NCBI GenBank assembly: GCA_039630575.1
Contig: JBCNUW010000004.1
Coordinates: forward strand, 56,149 to 120,148
DNA: 64,000 nt
Source: Candidatus Hydrothermales bacterium
GTDB lineage: Bacteria; Hydrothermota; Hydrothermia; Hydrothermales; JAJRUZ01
Direction of reading: 5' to 3'
Shown here: piece by piece, positions 50,637 through 61,220 of the stretch
Numbering within the stretch: position 1 is the first letter of the stretch
Layout of the letters: every line of letters starts with the position of its first letter
The notes under the pieces: model-generated
What the model saw: only the letters and a program-made list of their open reading frames with translations
What the model was told of the DNA's origin: nothing
Databases searched by the model: none
Program-made: the position numbers and the translations under genes

Positions 50637-51435
50637 TAACAAAAATTTTCTCATAACTGGAGCATCCTCAGGTCTTGGAAAAGAACTTGCCTTTAAAATT
50701 GCAAGTGAAGGTGGAAATCTTTTGATTGGTTCAAGGAGAGAGGAAATTCTTAATAAAATAAAGAATGAAATTGTGAGAGATTTTAAGGTTAAAGTCATAT
50801 GTTCTTTTTTAGATGTTACGGATGAAAATTCGGTTAAAGAATTTGCTAAAATTGCTGTTAAGGAATTTGAAAGTATTGATTGTCTCATAAATAATGCTGG
50901 AATGGGACTTTACGCAAGAACTCAAGATGTTGAAAAAGATGATTTTTATAAACTTTTTGATGTAAATGTAAAAGGTATTTTTCTGATGACTAAAGAAATT
51001 TTACCCCTTATGATAAAAAATGGAAAAGGAGTCATAGTAAATGTTTCTTCTCTTGCTGGTTATGTGGGATCACCCCTTATGAGTGTTTATTCTGCTACAA
51101 AATTTGCAATTCGAGGTTTTACTGACTCTTTAAGAAGAGAATTAAGAACATACAAAATAAATGTTATTGGTGTGTATCCAGGTCCCTTTGAATCTGATTT
51201 TTTTAAAAACGCTATAAAAAAAATAGAAAAAATTAATATAAGAAAAAACAAATTGATGTGGTCTGATTCAAAAGAGGTTGCTCAAAAAATCATAGAAGGA
51301 ATTAAAAAGGGTAAAAAAAATATTTATGTTAAAAAATTATGGAAAATTATAATAAAACTTCACGACATTTATCCAACACTTTTTGATTTACCACTATCAT
51401 CAAGTAAGTATTATAGTACTTTTGAGTTAGATTAA
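50623..51435 (+). CDS. Short-chain dehydrogenase/reductase
   Basis: TGASSGLG, NNAG, YSATK. Confidence 0.93.
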   Translation: MKDLNNKNFLITGASSGLGKELAFKIASEGGNLLIGSRREEILNKIKNEIVRDFKVKVICSFLDVTDENSVKEFAKIAVKEFESIDCLINNAGMGLYARTQDVEKDDFYKLFDVNVKGIFLMTKEILPLMIKNGKGVIVNVSSLAGYVGSPLMSVYSATKFAIRGFTDSLRRELRTYKINVIGVYPGPFESDFFKNAIKKIEKINIRKNKLMWSDSKEVAQKIIEGIKKGKKNIYVKKLWKIIIKLHDIYPTLFDLPLSSSKYYSTFELD

Positions 51436-52907
51436 TAGTCCTTTAAAAATAGAACTGTACCGTCAGTAAAAGTTTTTCTTATAGGAAACTCTCTTTCCAG
51501 ATAACATTTGATATCATTAAAACTATATTTCATATAAAAGAGTCGGTCTATACCTTGAAATATTATAATTCCCTTTACTTTCACTAATTTAAAAAGAAAT
51601 TCATAATCTCTTGCATATGTCAAGGGGAAAAGGCATGTTTTGTTTGTATAAAAACCTATAAGAGCATCAGCGTTTGAAATAAAAAAACCTTTTTGATCAC
51701 TTACCTTTTCAATTTCTTTTAGAACTTCTCTGCTTTTAAAAAAATTATTATTTCTTCTTATAGCCTCTTTTATAACATTTTTATTTTCATGAACAGTTAA
51801 AAGAAAAACAAAAGTTAAAAAGACTTTCAAAAATTGAGGATGTTCTGTTAAAAAAATGATAGAAAAAGGGATAATAAAAACAGATAAATAAAGTATAAAT
51901 CGATGCTCCGGATTTAAAACTCCAAAGACTAAACTGAAAATTATAAGTGAAAGTATAAAAAAAACTTTTAAGTTTTTAAGAAAATTTTTATTATTTTTAA
52001 ATAGAAAAATTATTGAAAAGGGAAAAAGATAAAAGGGAGAGACAGTGCTGAGAGTTTTTAGATAAAAAAATAGAGAATCAATTTTTGTTTCAATAAATTT
52101 GTAAAAATTTATCTGATAAGAACTCAGATAGGGAATGTTTGCTATTTCATAATCACCTAATGTATAAAAAGCTAAGTTAAAAATCGGATTTCCTGTTAAT
52201 TTATAAGTTCTGTATAACCATGGCAAAAGGGGTATTAAAAGGAAGAAAAGATATACTGTTATAAGTTTCAAATTTTTTTTACTGTAAAGGTAAAAAATAA
52301 CAGGTAAAAGAAAAAGTAAAATTATGTAATATCTTGTTAAGGCTAAAAGAGAGAGAAAAAAACTTGAAAATAAAATAAAAAGTTTATTCTCTTTAAAAAG
52401 AAAAATTAAGAACAAAATGAAAAGTGAAACAGCAAGTGGTTCAGAAAGCCCCTTTAAGGTAAGGTCTAAATATATAGGATTTAACATAAAAAAGATCAAA
52501 CTTAAAAATTTAACATTTTTATTAACCTTTAAATTTTCAATAAAAATTAAAAATAAAAAGCCAGATATAATGTAAAAACTGAAACTTACTATAAGAATTG
52601 TTTTATCACTTATTCCAAAAATTTTAAAAAAAAGAGAAAGTACAATAGGGTAAAGGGGCATTCTCAAAACAGATGGAACAGGTGTTTCTCTTGAGAATTC
52701 AAAGGCTAATTGAATAGGATATAAGTTATTTACAAAAAAACCTTTTTTTTCAATTATATTTTTTGCAATATTACCATATTCATAACTGTCACTTGTTAGA
52801 TGAAATACAGAATGTGGAAATTTCTTTAAGAAAAAAATTCCTAAAAGAAAAAGTAAAATTAAAAAAAATACTTGTTCTTTATTTTTTGAAAAAATTGTCG
52901 TAAGCAT
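51432..52907 (-). CDS. GT-C membrane glycosyltransferase (ArnT/PMT, GT39/83-like); start uncertain
   Basis: DSYEY..IAKNI, RMPLYP, LSEPL, PW..R....GNP; many TMs. Confidence 0.75.
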   Translation of the reverse strand: MLTTIFSKNKEQVFFLILLFLLGIFFLKKFPHSVFHLTSDSYEYGNIAKNIIEKKGFFVNNLYPIQLAFEFSRETPVPSVLRMPLYPIVLSLFFKIFGISDKTILIVSFSFYIISGFLFLIFIENLKVNKNVKFLSLIFFMLNPIYLDLTLKGLSEPLAVSLFILFLIFLFKENKLFILFSSFFLSLLALTRYYIILLFLLPVIFYLYSKKNLKLITVYLFFLLIPLLPWLYRTYKLTGNPIFNLAFYTLGDYEIANIPYLSSYQINFYKFIETKIDSLFFYLKTLSTVSPFYLFPFSIIFLFKNNKNFLKNLKVFFILSLIIFSLVFGVLNPEHRFILYLSVFIIPFSIIFLTEHPQFLKVFLTFVFLLTVHENKNVIKEAIRRNNNFFKSREVLKEIEKVSDQKGFFISNADALIGFYTNKTCLFPLTYARDYEFLFKLVKVKGIIIFQGIDRLFYMKYSFNDIKCYLEREFPIRKTFTDGTVLFLKDY

Positions 52908-53805
52908 AAAGGGAAGCTCCGTACATTCCTGCTTCGTCAGAGAGTTCTGCCTTTTCAATTCTTACATCTAAAAGGTAAGGAGGGACTCTTTTTGTATATT
53001 CCTCTAAAATGAAAGTATAGAAAACATCAAAGGCATGGGAAATTCCACCACCAATTATAAATTTTTGAGGTGAAAAAACTTTTGCAAAATCAGATAAGGC
53101 AATACCAAGAGAATTCCCTAAATTTTTAAAACACTCTATTGCAAGATGATCTTTTCTTTTTGCAAATTCATAAACCTCTGAAGGTTCAACCTTTAATGGA
53201 TTTTTTGTTAAAAAGTGTTCTATTCCCTCTTTTTTCTTCATATACAAAAAATTCCTTATCCCATTCTTTGATGCATAGGCTTCAAGACAACCTCTGTTAC
53301 CACAGGAGCAAACAGGTCCATCCGGATCAACAGTTATATGGCCAAACTCTGCACCAAGATTTTTGTATCCCCTAAAAAGCTTCTTCTCTATAAAAACAGC
53401 ACCTCCAACACCCGTTCCAAGCGTTAAAAAAATGAAACACTCAAGTCCCTTTGCTTTTCCTAATTTCCATTCACCATAAGCATTCATGTGACAATCGTTA
53501 TCAAAAAAAACTTTCTTTACTTTTAATCTTTCTGTTATTAATTCATCTAAGTTTTTTCCAAATAGAAAGGGAAGATTAGGTGCAAATCTTAAATTATTTT
53601 TATCATCAATAACTCCTGGTATGCCGAATGCTACAGCTTTTAAATTTTTTTTACTATTTAAATGATCGATAATTTCTTTTAAAAAGTCCTCTTCAGGATT
53701 AATTTCAAATATCTTTTCTTCAAAAAATTTTTTTCCATCGTAAAAACAGAGTTTTACTCTTGTCCCTCCAATATCAACCCCTGCAAAAATACTTTTTGAT
53801 AACAT
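52879..53805 (-). CDS. ROK family sugar kinase (glucokinase-like)
   Basis: DIGGT, DNDC, LGTGVGG, EFGH, CSCGNRGCLE. Confidence 0.93.
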   Translation of the reverse strand: MLSKSIFAGVDIGGTRVKLCFYDGKKFFEEKIFEINPEEDFLKEIIDHLNSKKNLKAVAFGIPGVIDDKNNLRFAPNLPFLFGKNLDELITERLKVKKVFFDNDCHMNAYGEWKLGKAKGLECFIFLTLGTGVGGAVFIEKKLFRGYKNLGAEFGHITVDPDGPVCSCGNRGCLEAYASKNGIRNFLYMKKKEGIEHFLTKNPLKVEPSEVYEFAKRKDHLAIECFKNLGNSLGIALSDFAKVFSPQKFIIGGGISHAFDVFYTFILEEYTKRVPPYLLDVRIEKAELSDEAGMYGASLYAYDNFFKK

Positions 53806-53842
53806 CTTTCATTATAAATTAAAATTTAAAATAAATTCACAG

Positions 53843-54721
53843 ATGGAAAAAATAATTTTTGATCTCCATCAAGATCTTCTGCCTTTTATTCTTGATAAAA
53901 AATTAAATGCTAAAGATTTTTTTAAAATAAATGTGGTTTCAGTTTTTACTTTAATTAAGTGGAAAAGTGAATTTATTGAAAACTATGACATAAATTTTGT
54001 TCTAAGGGCAATAGAGACCTATAGAGAATTTGCAGAAAAGAATAACTTTTTAATTGTTGAAAAAGCTTCAGATTTAAAAAGTGTTATGGACTCAAAAAGA
54101 AAAGGATTTATAATCGACTTAGAATGTTGCTCTGTTATTACTGATAAGTACATACTAAAGGCACTTTTCAATTTAGGTGTAAGAGTTTTCACATTAACAT
54201 GGAACTATTCAAATCAAATTGCCTCTTCATGTGGTGATATCAGGGAAAACGGTTTAACTAAATTTGGAAAAGAAATAGTAAATGAAATTGCAGAGATTGG
54301 AGGAATAGTAGACCTTGCTCATTCTGGAAGAAAAACCTTTTACGATGTTTACAAGATGAAAGTTCCTTTTTTTGTTTCTCATACAGGTATTTTAAAAAAT
54401 CCAAAAAATAAAAGAAACATCTCCTTTATAGAGATGGATTTAATAAAAAATAGAAAAAGTATTGCAGGAATAGCTCTTGGTTCTCTTTTCTTTGAAAGAA
54501 AGATCAATAAGGAAGAAGTAATTAAAAAGATAAAAGCACTTTTAAGGAAATACCCTGAGAATATTTCACTAGGTTCTGACCTTTTCGGATTATCGGAAAG
54601 GAACATAATTGAGGGTTTTACTTCTTATGAACAGATAAGGGAATCTTTAAAAGATTTACCAGATTCTTTTTTATATTTAAATGCCTATAATTTTTTTATC
54701 AAACATCTTCCTGAAAAATGA
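53843..54721 (+). CDS. Membrane dipeptidase (M19) family protein
   Basis: DLHQD, LTWNYSN, GLT.FG, VDLAH, SHTG, RN, GSD. Confidence 0.85.
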   Translation: MEKIIFDLHQDLLPFILDKKLNAKDFFKINVVSVFTLIKWKSEFIENYDINFVLRAIETYREFAEKNNFLIVEKASDLKSVMDSKRKGFIIDLECCSVITDKYILKALFNLGVRVFTLTWNYSNQIASSCGDIRENGLTKFGKEIVNEIAEIGGIVDLAHSGRKTFYDVYKMKVPFFVSHTGILKNPKNKRNISFIEMDLIKNRKSIAGIALGSLFFERKINKEEVIKKIKALLRKYPENISLGSDLFGLSERNIIEGFTSYEQIRESLKDLPDSFLYLNAYNFFIKHLPEK

Positions 54722-55677
54722 TTACTGATACATTAATTTTAACTTTTTGCTTTATGGGTGATGTTTTACCAGGAGATTTTTTAAAAAATAGAGTTCCACC
54801 TGATTCTGGATTTTATCTTTTTAAAGATGTTTATAACTTTTTAGAATATAGTGATCTTTCCTTTGCGAATTTTGAAGGAACTTTTAATTTAGATGTAAAA
54901 GAGAGGAGAAAGGATTATAAGTTTTTAGTTCCTCTTTCTGTGATTCCTGGTTTAAAAAAAAGCAAAATTAAGGCTTTTTCAATTGCAAATAATCATATAT
55001 ACGATGGAGGGGAAAGTTCAGCTAAAAAAACTTATGAAATTTTAAAAAAAGAAGGATTTTTAGTTTCAGGTTTAAAGGGATCTTTTGATACCATAACTAT
55101 AAAAGGAATAAAAGTAGGATTTGTTGCCTTTTCAGTATATGATTACACTAATAGCATCTTTAACAAAGACGATTTAAGTTTAATAGGAGATATTTCAAAG
55201 AATGTTAACATCTTGGTTGTTTCATTCCATGCAGGTACGGAGGGAGATTCTGCGATTCATGTAAAAGATAAATTTGAATACTTTTATGGTGAAAAAAGGG
55301 GTAACGTAAAGGAATTTGCAAGATTCGCAATAGACAATGGTGCTGATGTTGTTTATGGGCATGGTCCACATGTTATAAGGGGTTTAGAGATTTATAAAGA
55401 CAGAATCGTAAGTTATTCTCTTGGTAACTTTGCTGCATATGGTGGATTTAATCTTAAATATCCAAGAAATATATCTTTTATTCTGAAGGTAAAGTTAAAT
55501 GGAAATGGTGAATTTTTAGAAGGGGAAATAATTCCCATAATACTTCAGGCTCCAGGGATTCCAAAGTATGATCATAGCAAAGAAGCCGTTTTTCTTTTAA
55601 AAAGATTAATTGAGGAGGATAAATTGGAAGGTGTTAAAATAGAGGGTGAAAAAATTTTAAGAGTTAATTATAAATGA
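54718..55677 (+). CDS. CapA family metallophosphoesterase-fold protein
   Basis: GDV, NFEG, ANNH, HAG, GHGPHV, YSLGNF. Confidence 0.9.
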   Translation: MITDTLILTFCFMGDVLPGDFLKNRVPPDSGFYLFKDVYNFLEYSDLSFANFEGTFNLDVKERRKDYKFLVPLSVIPGLKKSKIKAFSIANNHIYDGGESSAKKTYEILKKEGFLVSGLKGSFDTITIKGIKVGFVAFSVYDYTNSIFNKDDLSLIGDISKNVNILVVSFHAGTEGDSAIHVKDKFEYFYGEKRGNVKEFARFAIDNGADVVYGHGPHVIRGLEIYKDRIVSYSLGNFAAYGGFNLKYPRNISFILKVKLNGNGEFLEGEIIPIILQAPGIPKYDHSKEAVFLLKRLIEEDKLEGVKIEGEKILRVNYK

Positions 55678-56518
55678 GTCTATATTCTACCTTAAGTATT
55701 CCTAATTTTGTTAAGTTTTCAAAAAATAATTGGAAGACCCCTTTTCTTTTTAGAGGTGGTTTTATTTCCTTTGGTTTTTCCTTTATTCCAGCAAGTTTTC
55801 CTGCTAACATCAAGGCATCTTCATAGGTTCCGATTGTGTCAATAAGTCCTATCTTTTTTGCCTGTAAGCCTGTAAAAATTTTCCCTTCAGCCCATTCTTT
55901 TAAATTTAAAGTATCGAGTTTTCTCCTTGAGGAGACTTCTTTAAAAAATTGCCTGTAAATATCAGAAAGCAGATCTTCAATATATTTTTTCTCTTCCTCT
56001 GTTATTTCTCTGTAGGGTGAGCCAGCATCTTTAAACTTACCTTTTTTAAATACTCTAAACCTTATTCCTATTTTTTCAAGGAGCTCATAGAAAGTGGGAT
56101 ATTGAGCTATTACACCTACTGATCCTGTTATTGATCCTGGTGCAGCCATTATTATATCGGCTGAAATTGCTACATAGTATCCACCTGAGGCTCCTAATGT
56201 GGAAATATAGGCGACAACAGGGACTTTTTTTTCTTCCTTAAATTTTAAAACAGAATAATAAATTTCCTGTGATGCTACCACACCTCCACCTGGAGAGTCA
56301 ATATGTAAAAGCAAAGCCCTTAAATCTTTTCTTTTTTTAAGATACTCAAGATCCTTTCTGTAATCCTTTGAATCAGAAAGAATTCCTTTTACCTCTACAA
56401 TACCAACCCCTCCTTTCACATATAGAGACTCTATTTTCTTTGTTGCTAAAAGTATTACTATGTAAACACCTATTAAGGCGACTATAATTAAAGAGATTAA
56501 AATTATTTTTCTGTTCAT
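55664..56518 (-). CDS. sppA: Signal peptide peptidase SppA (36 kDa type)
   Basis: DSPGG, ASGGYY, GSVGV, KD.GSP.R. Confidence 0.93.
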   Translation of the reverse strand: MNRKIILISLIIVALIGVYIVILLATKKIESLYVKGGVGIVEVKGILSDSKDYRKDLEYLKKRKDLRALLLHIDSPGGGVVASQEIYYSVLKFKEEKKVPVVAYISTLGASGGYYVAISADIIMAAPGSITGSVGVIAQYPTFYELLEKIGIRFRVFKKGKFKDAGSPYREITEEEKKYIEDLLSDIYRQFFKEVSSRRKLDTLNLKEWAEGKIFTGLQAKKIGLIDTIGTYEDALMLAGKLAGIKEKPKEIKPPLKRKGVFQLFFENLTKLGILKVEYRLIYN

Positions 56519-56567
56519 ATTAAATATATTAAGGCAAAAACTTCAAATATTTCTTTATAATTAAAAT

Positions 56568-58220
56568 ATGATAATTTTAATTTTGTTTTTTCAACCAATC
56601 ATCTCAGAAGTTCTAAATGATGCTCCAGGTTCTGAAACTCAGAGTGGTAGAAGGAATGAATGGATAGAAATTTATAATCCGGGTCCTGATACAGTAGATC
56701 TTTCTCTTTTTGGATTAACCGATTTTGACGAAAATGACACAATTTTTGCTTGGACTGATTCCTCAATTTTGAAATTCCATCCCGGTGTTATTTTTGGGAA
56801 AACAAAATTACCTCCTTTTCATTTTGGTGTTATTTTAGATAAAAATTATACCGATACCCTAAATACTGAATATCCTCAACCTTACAAGATTTATCCTGGT
56901 ACATACATATTTACAATAAGGGATGTAGATTTGGGTAACAATGGACTTGGTCTTGCAAATACGGATCCCATTGCTATTTTCGTAATTACAAATCCAAATG
57001 TTTATGTTTCTACCTTTGGAATAAATGGAGTTCCCTTTACAGGCTCTCATGATGGAGTTTCAATTGAAAGGATTGTTTTAGAAAAAGCTGATTCTCTTTC
57101 AAACTGGGCAAAATCAACAGATAAGGATAAGTCTACTCCTGGAAGATATAACTCAGTTTCACCTGGTTTTGATCTTGTAATAGAAAGTGCCTATGTAAAA
57201 CCTTCTTTTATAAGAAGGAGTCAAAAATTTAATGTTTATTTTTTTATAAAAAACAAGGGGTCTCTTGACTATTCGGGTAACATTTTTGGTTTTTTAGAAA
57301 TTTCAAGTAAAGTACCTTTTCAATTTAACGGCACAATAAGATCTGAAGATTCAGTTTTACATAACGTAGAAATGTTTGAAAATTTTAAAGGTGTTTTAAA
57401 TCTTCATGCCAAGATTTCCCCACCTACAATGGAAAAGGATACTTTCAATAATCTTTCAAGTTTTAAAATAATAATAGATACACCTCTTCTTTATATAACT
57501 GAGATTTTTTATATGAGTACACCGGAATGGATTGAAATTAAAAATCCTTCAAATGATACTCTCTTTATAGATAATCTGATTCTTAAGGATTTAACAGAAA
57601 AAAATTTTTATATAAAAAATTTAAAAATACCAGGAGATACCTATGCAATTTTTACATCTGATACTTCTCAATTTTATCAGACTTTCGGTAGAATTCCCTT
57701 CACCTTTGAGTTGCCCAATTTTCCATCACTTAACAATGACGGTGATCTTGTCTTTATAACAAACTCTTTAAGACAAAGAATTGATTCAGTAAATTACTCT
57801 CCTGATTGGGGAGGCGATTACGGAATTTCACTTGAGAGGTATAATTTTGGTTACTCTTGGTTAAGGGAAAACTGGGGATCTTCACAGGATCCTTCTGGCT
57901 CAACACCTGGCAGAGGTCCCTACAAGATTGAAATGGGAGAGGAAAAGCTAAAGTTATCTACAAGGAGATTCACCCCGAATAATGATGGAAGAGATGAGGA
58001 AGTAGAGATTTGGATTGGTGAATCTAAAGAATTTTCCTCTCTTTATTTATACGATTCGGCAGGCTTTTTAAAACACATATTTTTTGAAGATCAAATTATA
58101 AATTTCCCAAGACTAATAAGACTTACTAAAAATAACATATCTCTTAAAAGAGGACTTTATATAGTTGTTTTAAAACAGGGAAAGAGAATTTATAAAAAGA
58201 CTTTTGTATATTTTGAATAA
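56568..58220 (+). CDS. Secreted lamin-tail-domain protein with gliding-motility/T9SS type-B-like CTD
   Basis: ISEV...EWIEIYN twice, SIER/SLER, STPG; C-terminal FTPNNDG...GLYIV. Confidence 0.8.
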   Translation: MIILILFFQPIISEVLNDAPGSETQSGRRNEWIEIYNPGPDTVDLSLFGLTDFDENDTIFAWTDSSILKFHPGVIFGKTKLPPFHFGVILDKNYTDTLNTEYPQPYKIYPGTYIFTIRDVDLGNNGLGLANTDPIAIFVITNPNVYVSTFGINGVPFTGSHDGVSIERIVLEKADSLSNWAKSTDKDKSTPGRYNSVSPGFDLVIESAYVKPSFIRRSQKFNVYFFIKNKGSLDYSGNIFGFLEISSKVPFQFNGTIRSEDSVLHNVEMFENFKGVLNLHAKISPPTMEKDTFNNLSSFKIIIDTPLLYITEIFYMSTPEWIEIKNPSNDTLFIDNLILKDLTEKNFYIKNLKIPGDTYAIFTSDTSQFYQTFGRIPFTFELPNFPSLNNDGDLVFITNSLRQRIDSVNYSPDWGGDYGISLERYNFGYSWLRENWGSSQDPSGSTPGRGPYKIEMGEEKLKLSTRRFTPNNDGRDEEVEIWIGESKEFSSLYLYDSAGFLKHIFFEDQIINFPRLIRLTKNNISLKRGLYIVVLKQGKRIYKKTFVYFE

Positions 58221-59493
58221 AGATTTTATTTATATAGAAGGTGGTATCCCATTAAAAGGAGAGGTAAAAGTACAGGGAGCTAAAAACTCTGCCTTACCCC
58301 TATTTGCATCAATGATTGTGATGGAAGGGAAAACAGAATTCTTAAATATTCCATATGTTGAAGACGTAAAAACTATGATTTCTTTACTTTCCTACTTAGG
58401 ACTTAAAGTTACCCTTGTTGAGGAAGATGATAAAGTTATAATTGAAAATAACGGCATAAGAAATTCCTCTATGCCTCTTTCCTTTATTCAGAAGATGAGG
58501 GCATCTATTTATGTTTTAGGGCCACTTCTTGTGACAGAGGGTAAGGCAAAGGTTGGAATTCCAGGTGGATGTGCTTTTGGTCCAAGACCAATAAATTTTC
58601 ATTTAAAGGGGCTTAAAAAAATTGGTGCTGAAATTGATATTGAGGGTGGATATATAATTGCAAGAGTAAAAAAATTTAGAGGAGCAAAAATAACCTTTCC
58701 AAAAGTAAGTGTTGGTGCAACAGCACACCTTGCTATGACAGCAGCAAAGATTGAAGAGGAGATAATTTTGGAAAATATTTCACTTGAACCGGAAGTTATT
58801 CATCTTTTTGAATTTCTAAGAAAAGCAGGTGCAAAAATAGAAGTTGAAAAAAGAAGAGCCTTTATATGGGGAAATAGAAATTTAAAAGCACCGGTTAGTT
58901 TTTTTAATATTCCCGATAGAATAGAAGCAGGCACCTATATGATGTTTGTTTCTGGAACAGGTGGAGAGTTAATTTTAAGACCCAATCCTTATAATTTTTT
59001 AGAAAGTGTAATAAAGAAACTAAAAAAAATGGGTATTTACATTGAAAATAAGGTAGATCATCTTTACTTAAGGAGCCAAAAGGATATAGATCTTAGACCT
59101 GTTAATGTTTCAACTGCACCATATCCAGGTTATCCTACTGATTGTCAACCTCAAATTGTCTCTCTTTTAACACAGGCAAGAGGCAAAAGTATAGTCAAGG
59201 AGAGAATTTATCCTGAGAGGTTTGGTTTTGTTGGTGAGCTAACAAAAATGGGAGCAAATATTGAGGTTGGTCATGGTTACGCAAAAGTTGAAGGTAAAAC
59301 GAATTTGAAAGGTGCTCCACTTTTTGCTCCGGATATAAGGGCTGGAGCAGCACTTATTTTAGGAGCACTTGTAGCAGATGGTAGGTCTCAAATTTATGGG
59401 CTTGAAAATATAAAAAGGGGATATGAAAATATTGTAGATAAATTGAAAAAACTTGGGGCAAAAATAGATTTAATCCATGGAAGAGGAAGTTAA
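58204..59493 (+). CDS. murA: UDP-N-acetylglucosamine 1-carboxyvinyltransferase
   Basis: GAKNSALP, MRAS, PGGCAFGPRP, DRIEAGT, PGYPTD, DIRAGA. Confidence 0.96.
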   Translation: MYILNKDFIYIEGGIPLKGEVKVQGAKNSALPLFASMIVMEGKTEFLNIPYVEDVKTMISLLSYLGLKVTLVEEDDKVIIENNGIRNSSMPLSFIQKMRASIYVLGPLLVTEGKAKVGIPGGCAFGPRPINFHLKGLKKIGAEIDIEGGYIIARVKKFRGAKITFPKVSVGATAHLAMTAAKIEEEIILENISLEPEVIHLFEFLRKAGAKIEVEKRRAFIWGNRNLKAPVSFFNIPDRIEAGTYMMFVSGTGGELILRPNPYNFLESVIKKLKKMGIYIENKVDHLYLRSQKDIDLRPVNVSTAPYPGYPTDCQPQIVSLLTQARGKSIVKERIYPERFGFVGELTKMGANIEVGHGYAKVEGKTNLKGAPLFAPDIRAGAALILGALVADGRSQIYGLENIKRGYENIVDKLKKLGAKIDLIHGRGS

Positions 59494-60202
59494 AAATTTA
59501 AGAGATTTTATTTTAAACACAAAATCACTTATGGTTCTGACAGGAGCAGGTATATCAAAAGATAGTGGTATTCCAACCTTTAGAGGTGAAGATGGATTAT
59601 GGAGAAACTATGATGCAACTAAGTTAGCTACTCCTGAAGCTTTTAAAGAAAATCCTAAACTTGTTTGGGAATGGTATAATTGGAGAAGAAGTATTATTTT
59701 AAAGGCTGTTCCAAACTATGCTCATTTTGCCATAAAGAGACTTGAAGATATGATAGAAGATTTTTTGCTTGTTACACAGAATGTTGATAATCTTCATAGG
59801 GATGCAGGTTCAAAAAAGTTGATTGAAATGCATGGAAATATATTTGAGACACTTTGCACAGGATGCGGATATTTAAAATTTGAAAAGTGTATTTTTAGAG
59901 AAGATGAATTACCACCTAGATGTGAAAGGTGTAATTCCTTGTTAAGACCGAATGTTGTATGGTTTACAGAACCTATTCCAAGAGATGTTCTTAAAAAGAT
60001 TTTTGAATCTATTGATACAAAAGAGGCGATACTTGTTGTTGGGACTTCACTTCTTGTTTATCCTGCAGCTTCTTTACCTTTTATTTTTAAAGAGAAAAAT
60101 AAAAAGGTTTTTGAAATAAATCCTGAGGATACAGATATATCCTATTTTGCTGATATTTCAATAAGAGGCAAAGCAAAGGAAGTTTTTGAAAAGATAATTT
60201 GA
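59477..60202 (+). CDS. cobB: NAD-dependent protein deacylase (sirtuin, class III-like)
   Basis: TGAGIS..SGIPTFRG, YNWRR, TQNVD, HG, zinc cysteines, GTS. Confidence 0.93.
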   Translation: MEEEVKNLRDFILNTKSLMVLTGAGISKDSGIPTFRGEDGLWRNYDATKLATPEAFKENPKLVWEWYNWRRSIILKAVPNYAHFAIKRLEDMIEDFLLVTQNVDNLHRDAGSKKLIEMHGNIFETLCTGCGYLKFEKCIFREDELPPRCERCNSLLRPNVVWFTEPIPRDVLKKIFESIDTKEAILVVGTSLLVYPAASLPFIFKEKNKKVFEINPEDTDISYFADISIRGKAKEVFEKII

Positions 60203-60203
60203 C

Positions 60204-61202
60204 ATGTCATGGAAAATAAACTTTTTTAAACCACCCCACTTCAGAATATCTCCCTTGCTTTTTGTTTTTATTCTTTCTTTTTCAATAACCTCTGTTACTT
60301 TTTATTTATTATACAAAAAGTTTGAAAAAAATTTTATTTTTTATTTTGCTGTCATTTTTGTTTTTTTGAGTTTATTATTTGAACTTTTTATAATTTTAGA
60401 TCACTTTTTTAAAAATAAAACAACAGATTGGGTTGATTTCTTTTTAAAAAATATAATTGAAATAAAAACTTCTGAAGATAACGAGAACTTTTTGATAAAG
60501 TTTGTTTTAAGAAAAAAAATTAAAAAGTTGAAGATTATGAGTGGAAATATCGTTATAGAAAGATATATGGAAGTATCAAAAGTTCCTGTAGTAGTTACAA
60601 AGTATAGAATCTATGAAGAAAAAAAATATGAATTTAAAGATGTTTCTGAGTTTGAAATAGGTATTAAAAAGGGTAAAACATTAGGTTATCTCGATTCAAA
60701 AGGTGGAGTTGTTGATGGTCCAGGTTTTATATTAAATTGCCCCTATATGAGAAGAGCCTTATTTTTATTTACTGATGATACTGTTATGGAGGAATTCAAA
60801 CTAAAGGAAGATGTGTTAAAGTTAAAGAATGAAATAAATGTTTATTCTAATTTATTGGAAGTAAAAGATGGAGAGGTTATATTTCATGTCTCAGTTTTTG
60901 ATAAGGGAAAAGCAAGAGTTATTAAATTAGAGATAGAATGGATTTACAAAAATGATCTAATTAATCCCCATATATTTAGAGAGACAATATCAAATTTAGA
61001 AGAAGTAGGAAGTTATGAAATAAAATATGATTTGAAAATTTTTAAAGATAAAAATATTTATGTTTTTAACGATTTTTACTTTCCAGAAAAAGTTAATTTT
61101 TTAAAATTAACAAAGAAAAGAAAGTGGAAAATATTTTTGAAGTTGAGTGCAGATTTACCTTTTTATGTCGATAAATCTGTCAAGACTGAATTTGTATTTT
61201 AA
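60204..61202 (+). CDS. Hypothetical protein with two N-terminal TM helices
   Basis: Long ORF in an operon; no motif recognised. Confidence 0.65.
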   Translation: MSWKINFFKPPHFRISPLLFVFILSFSITSVTFYLLYKKFEKNFIFYFAVIFVFLSLLFELFIILDHFFKNKTTDWVDFFLKNIIEIKTSEDNENFLIKFVLRKKIKKLKIMSGNIVIERYMEVSKVPVVVTKYRIYEEKKYEFKDVSEFEIGIKKGKTLGYLDSKGGVVDGPGFILNCPYMRRALFLFTDDTVMEEFKLKEDVLKLKNEINVYSNLLEVKDGEVIFHVSVFDKGKARVIKLEIEWIYKNDLINPHIFRETISNLEEVGSYEIKYDLKIFKDKNIYVFNDFYFPEKVNFLKLTKKRKWKIFLKLSADLPFYVDKSVKTEFVF

Positions 61203-61220
61203 AAGACTTTATAATTAAAT

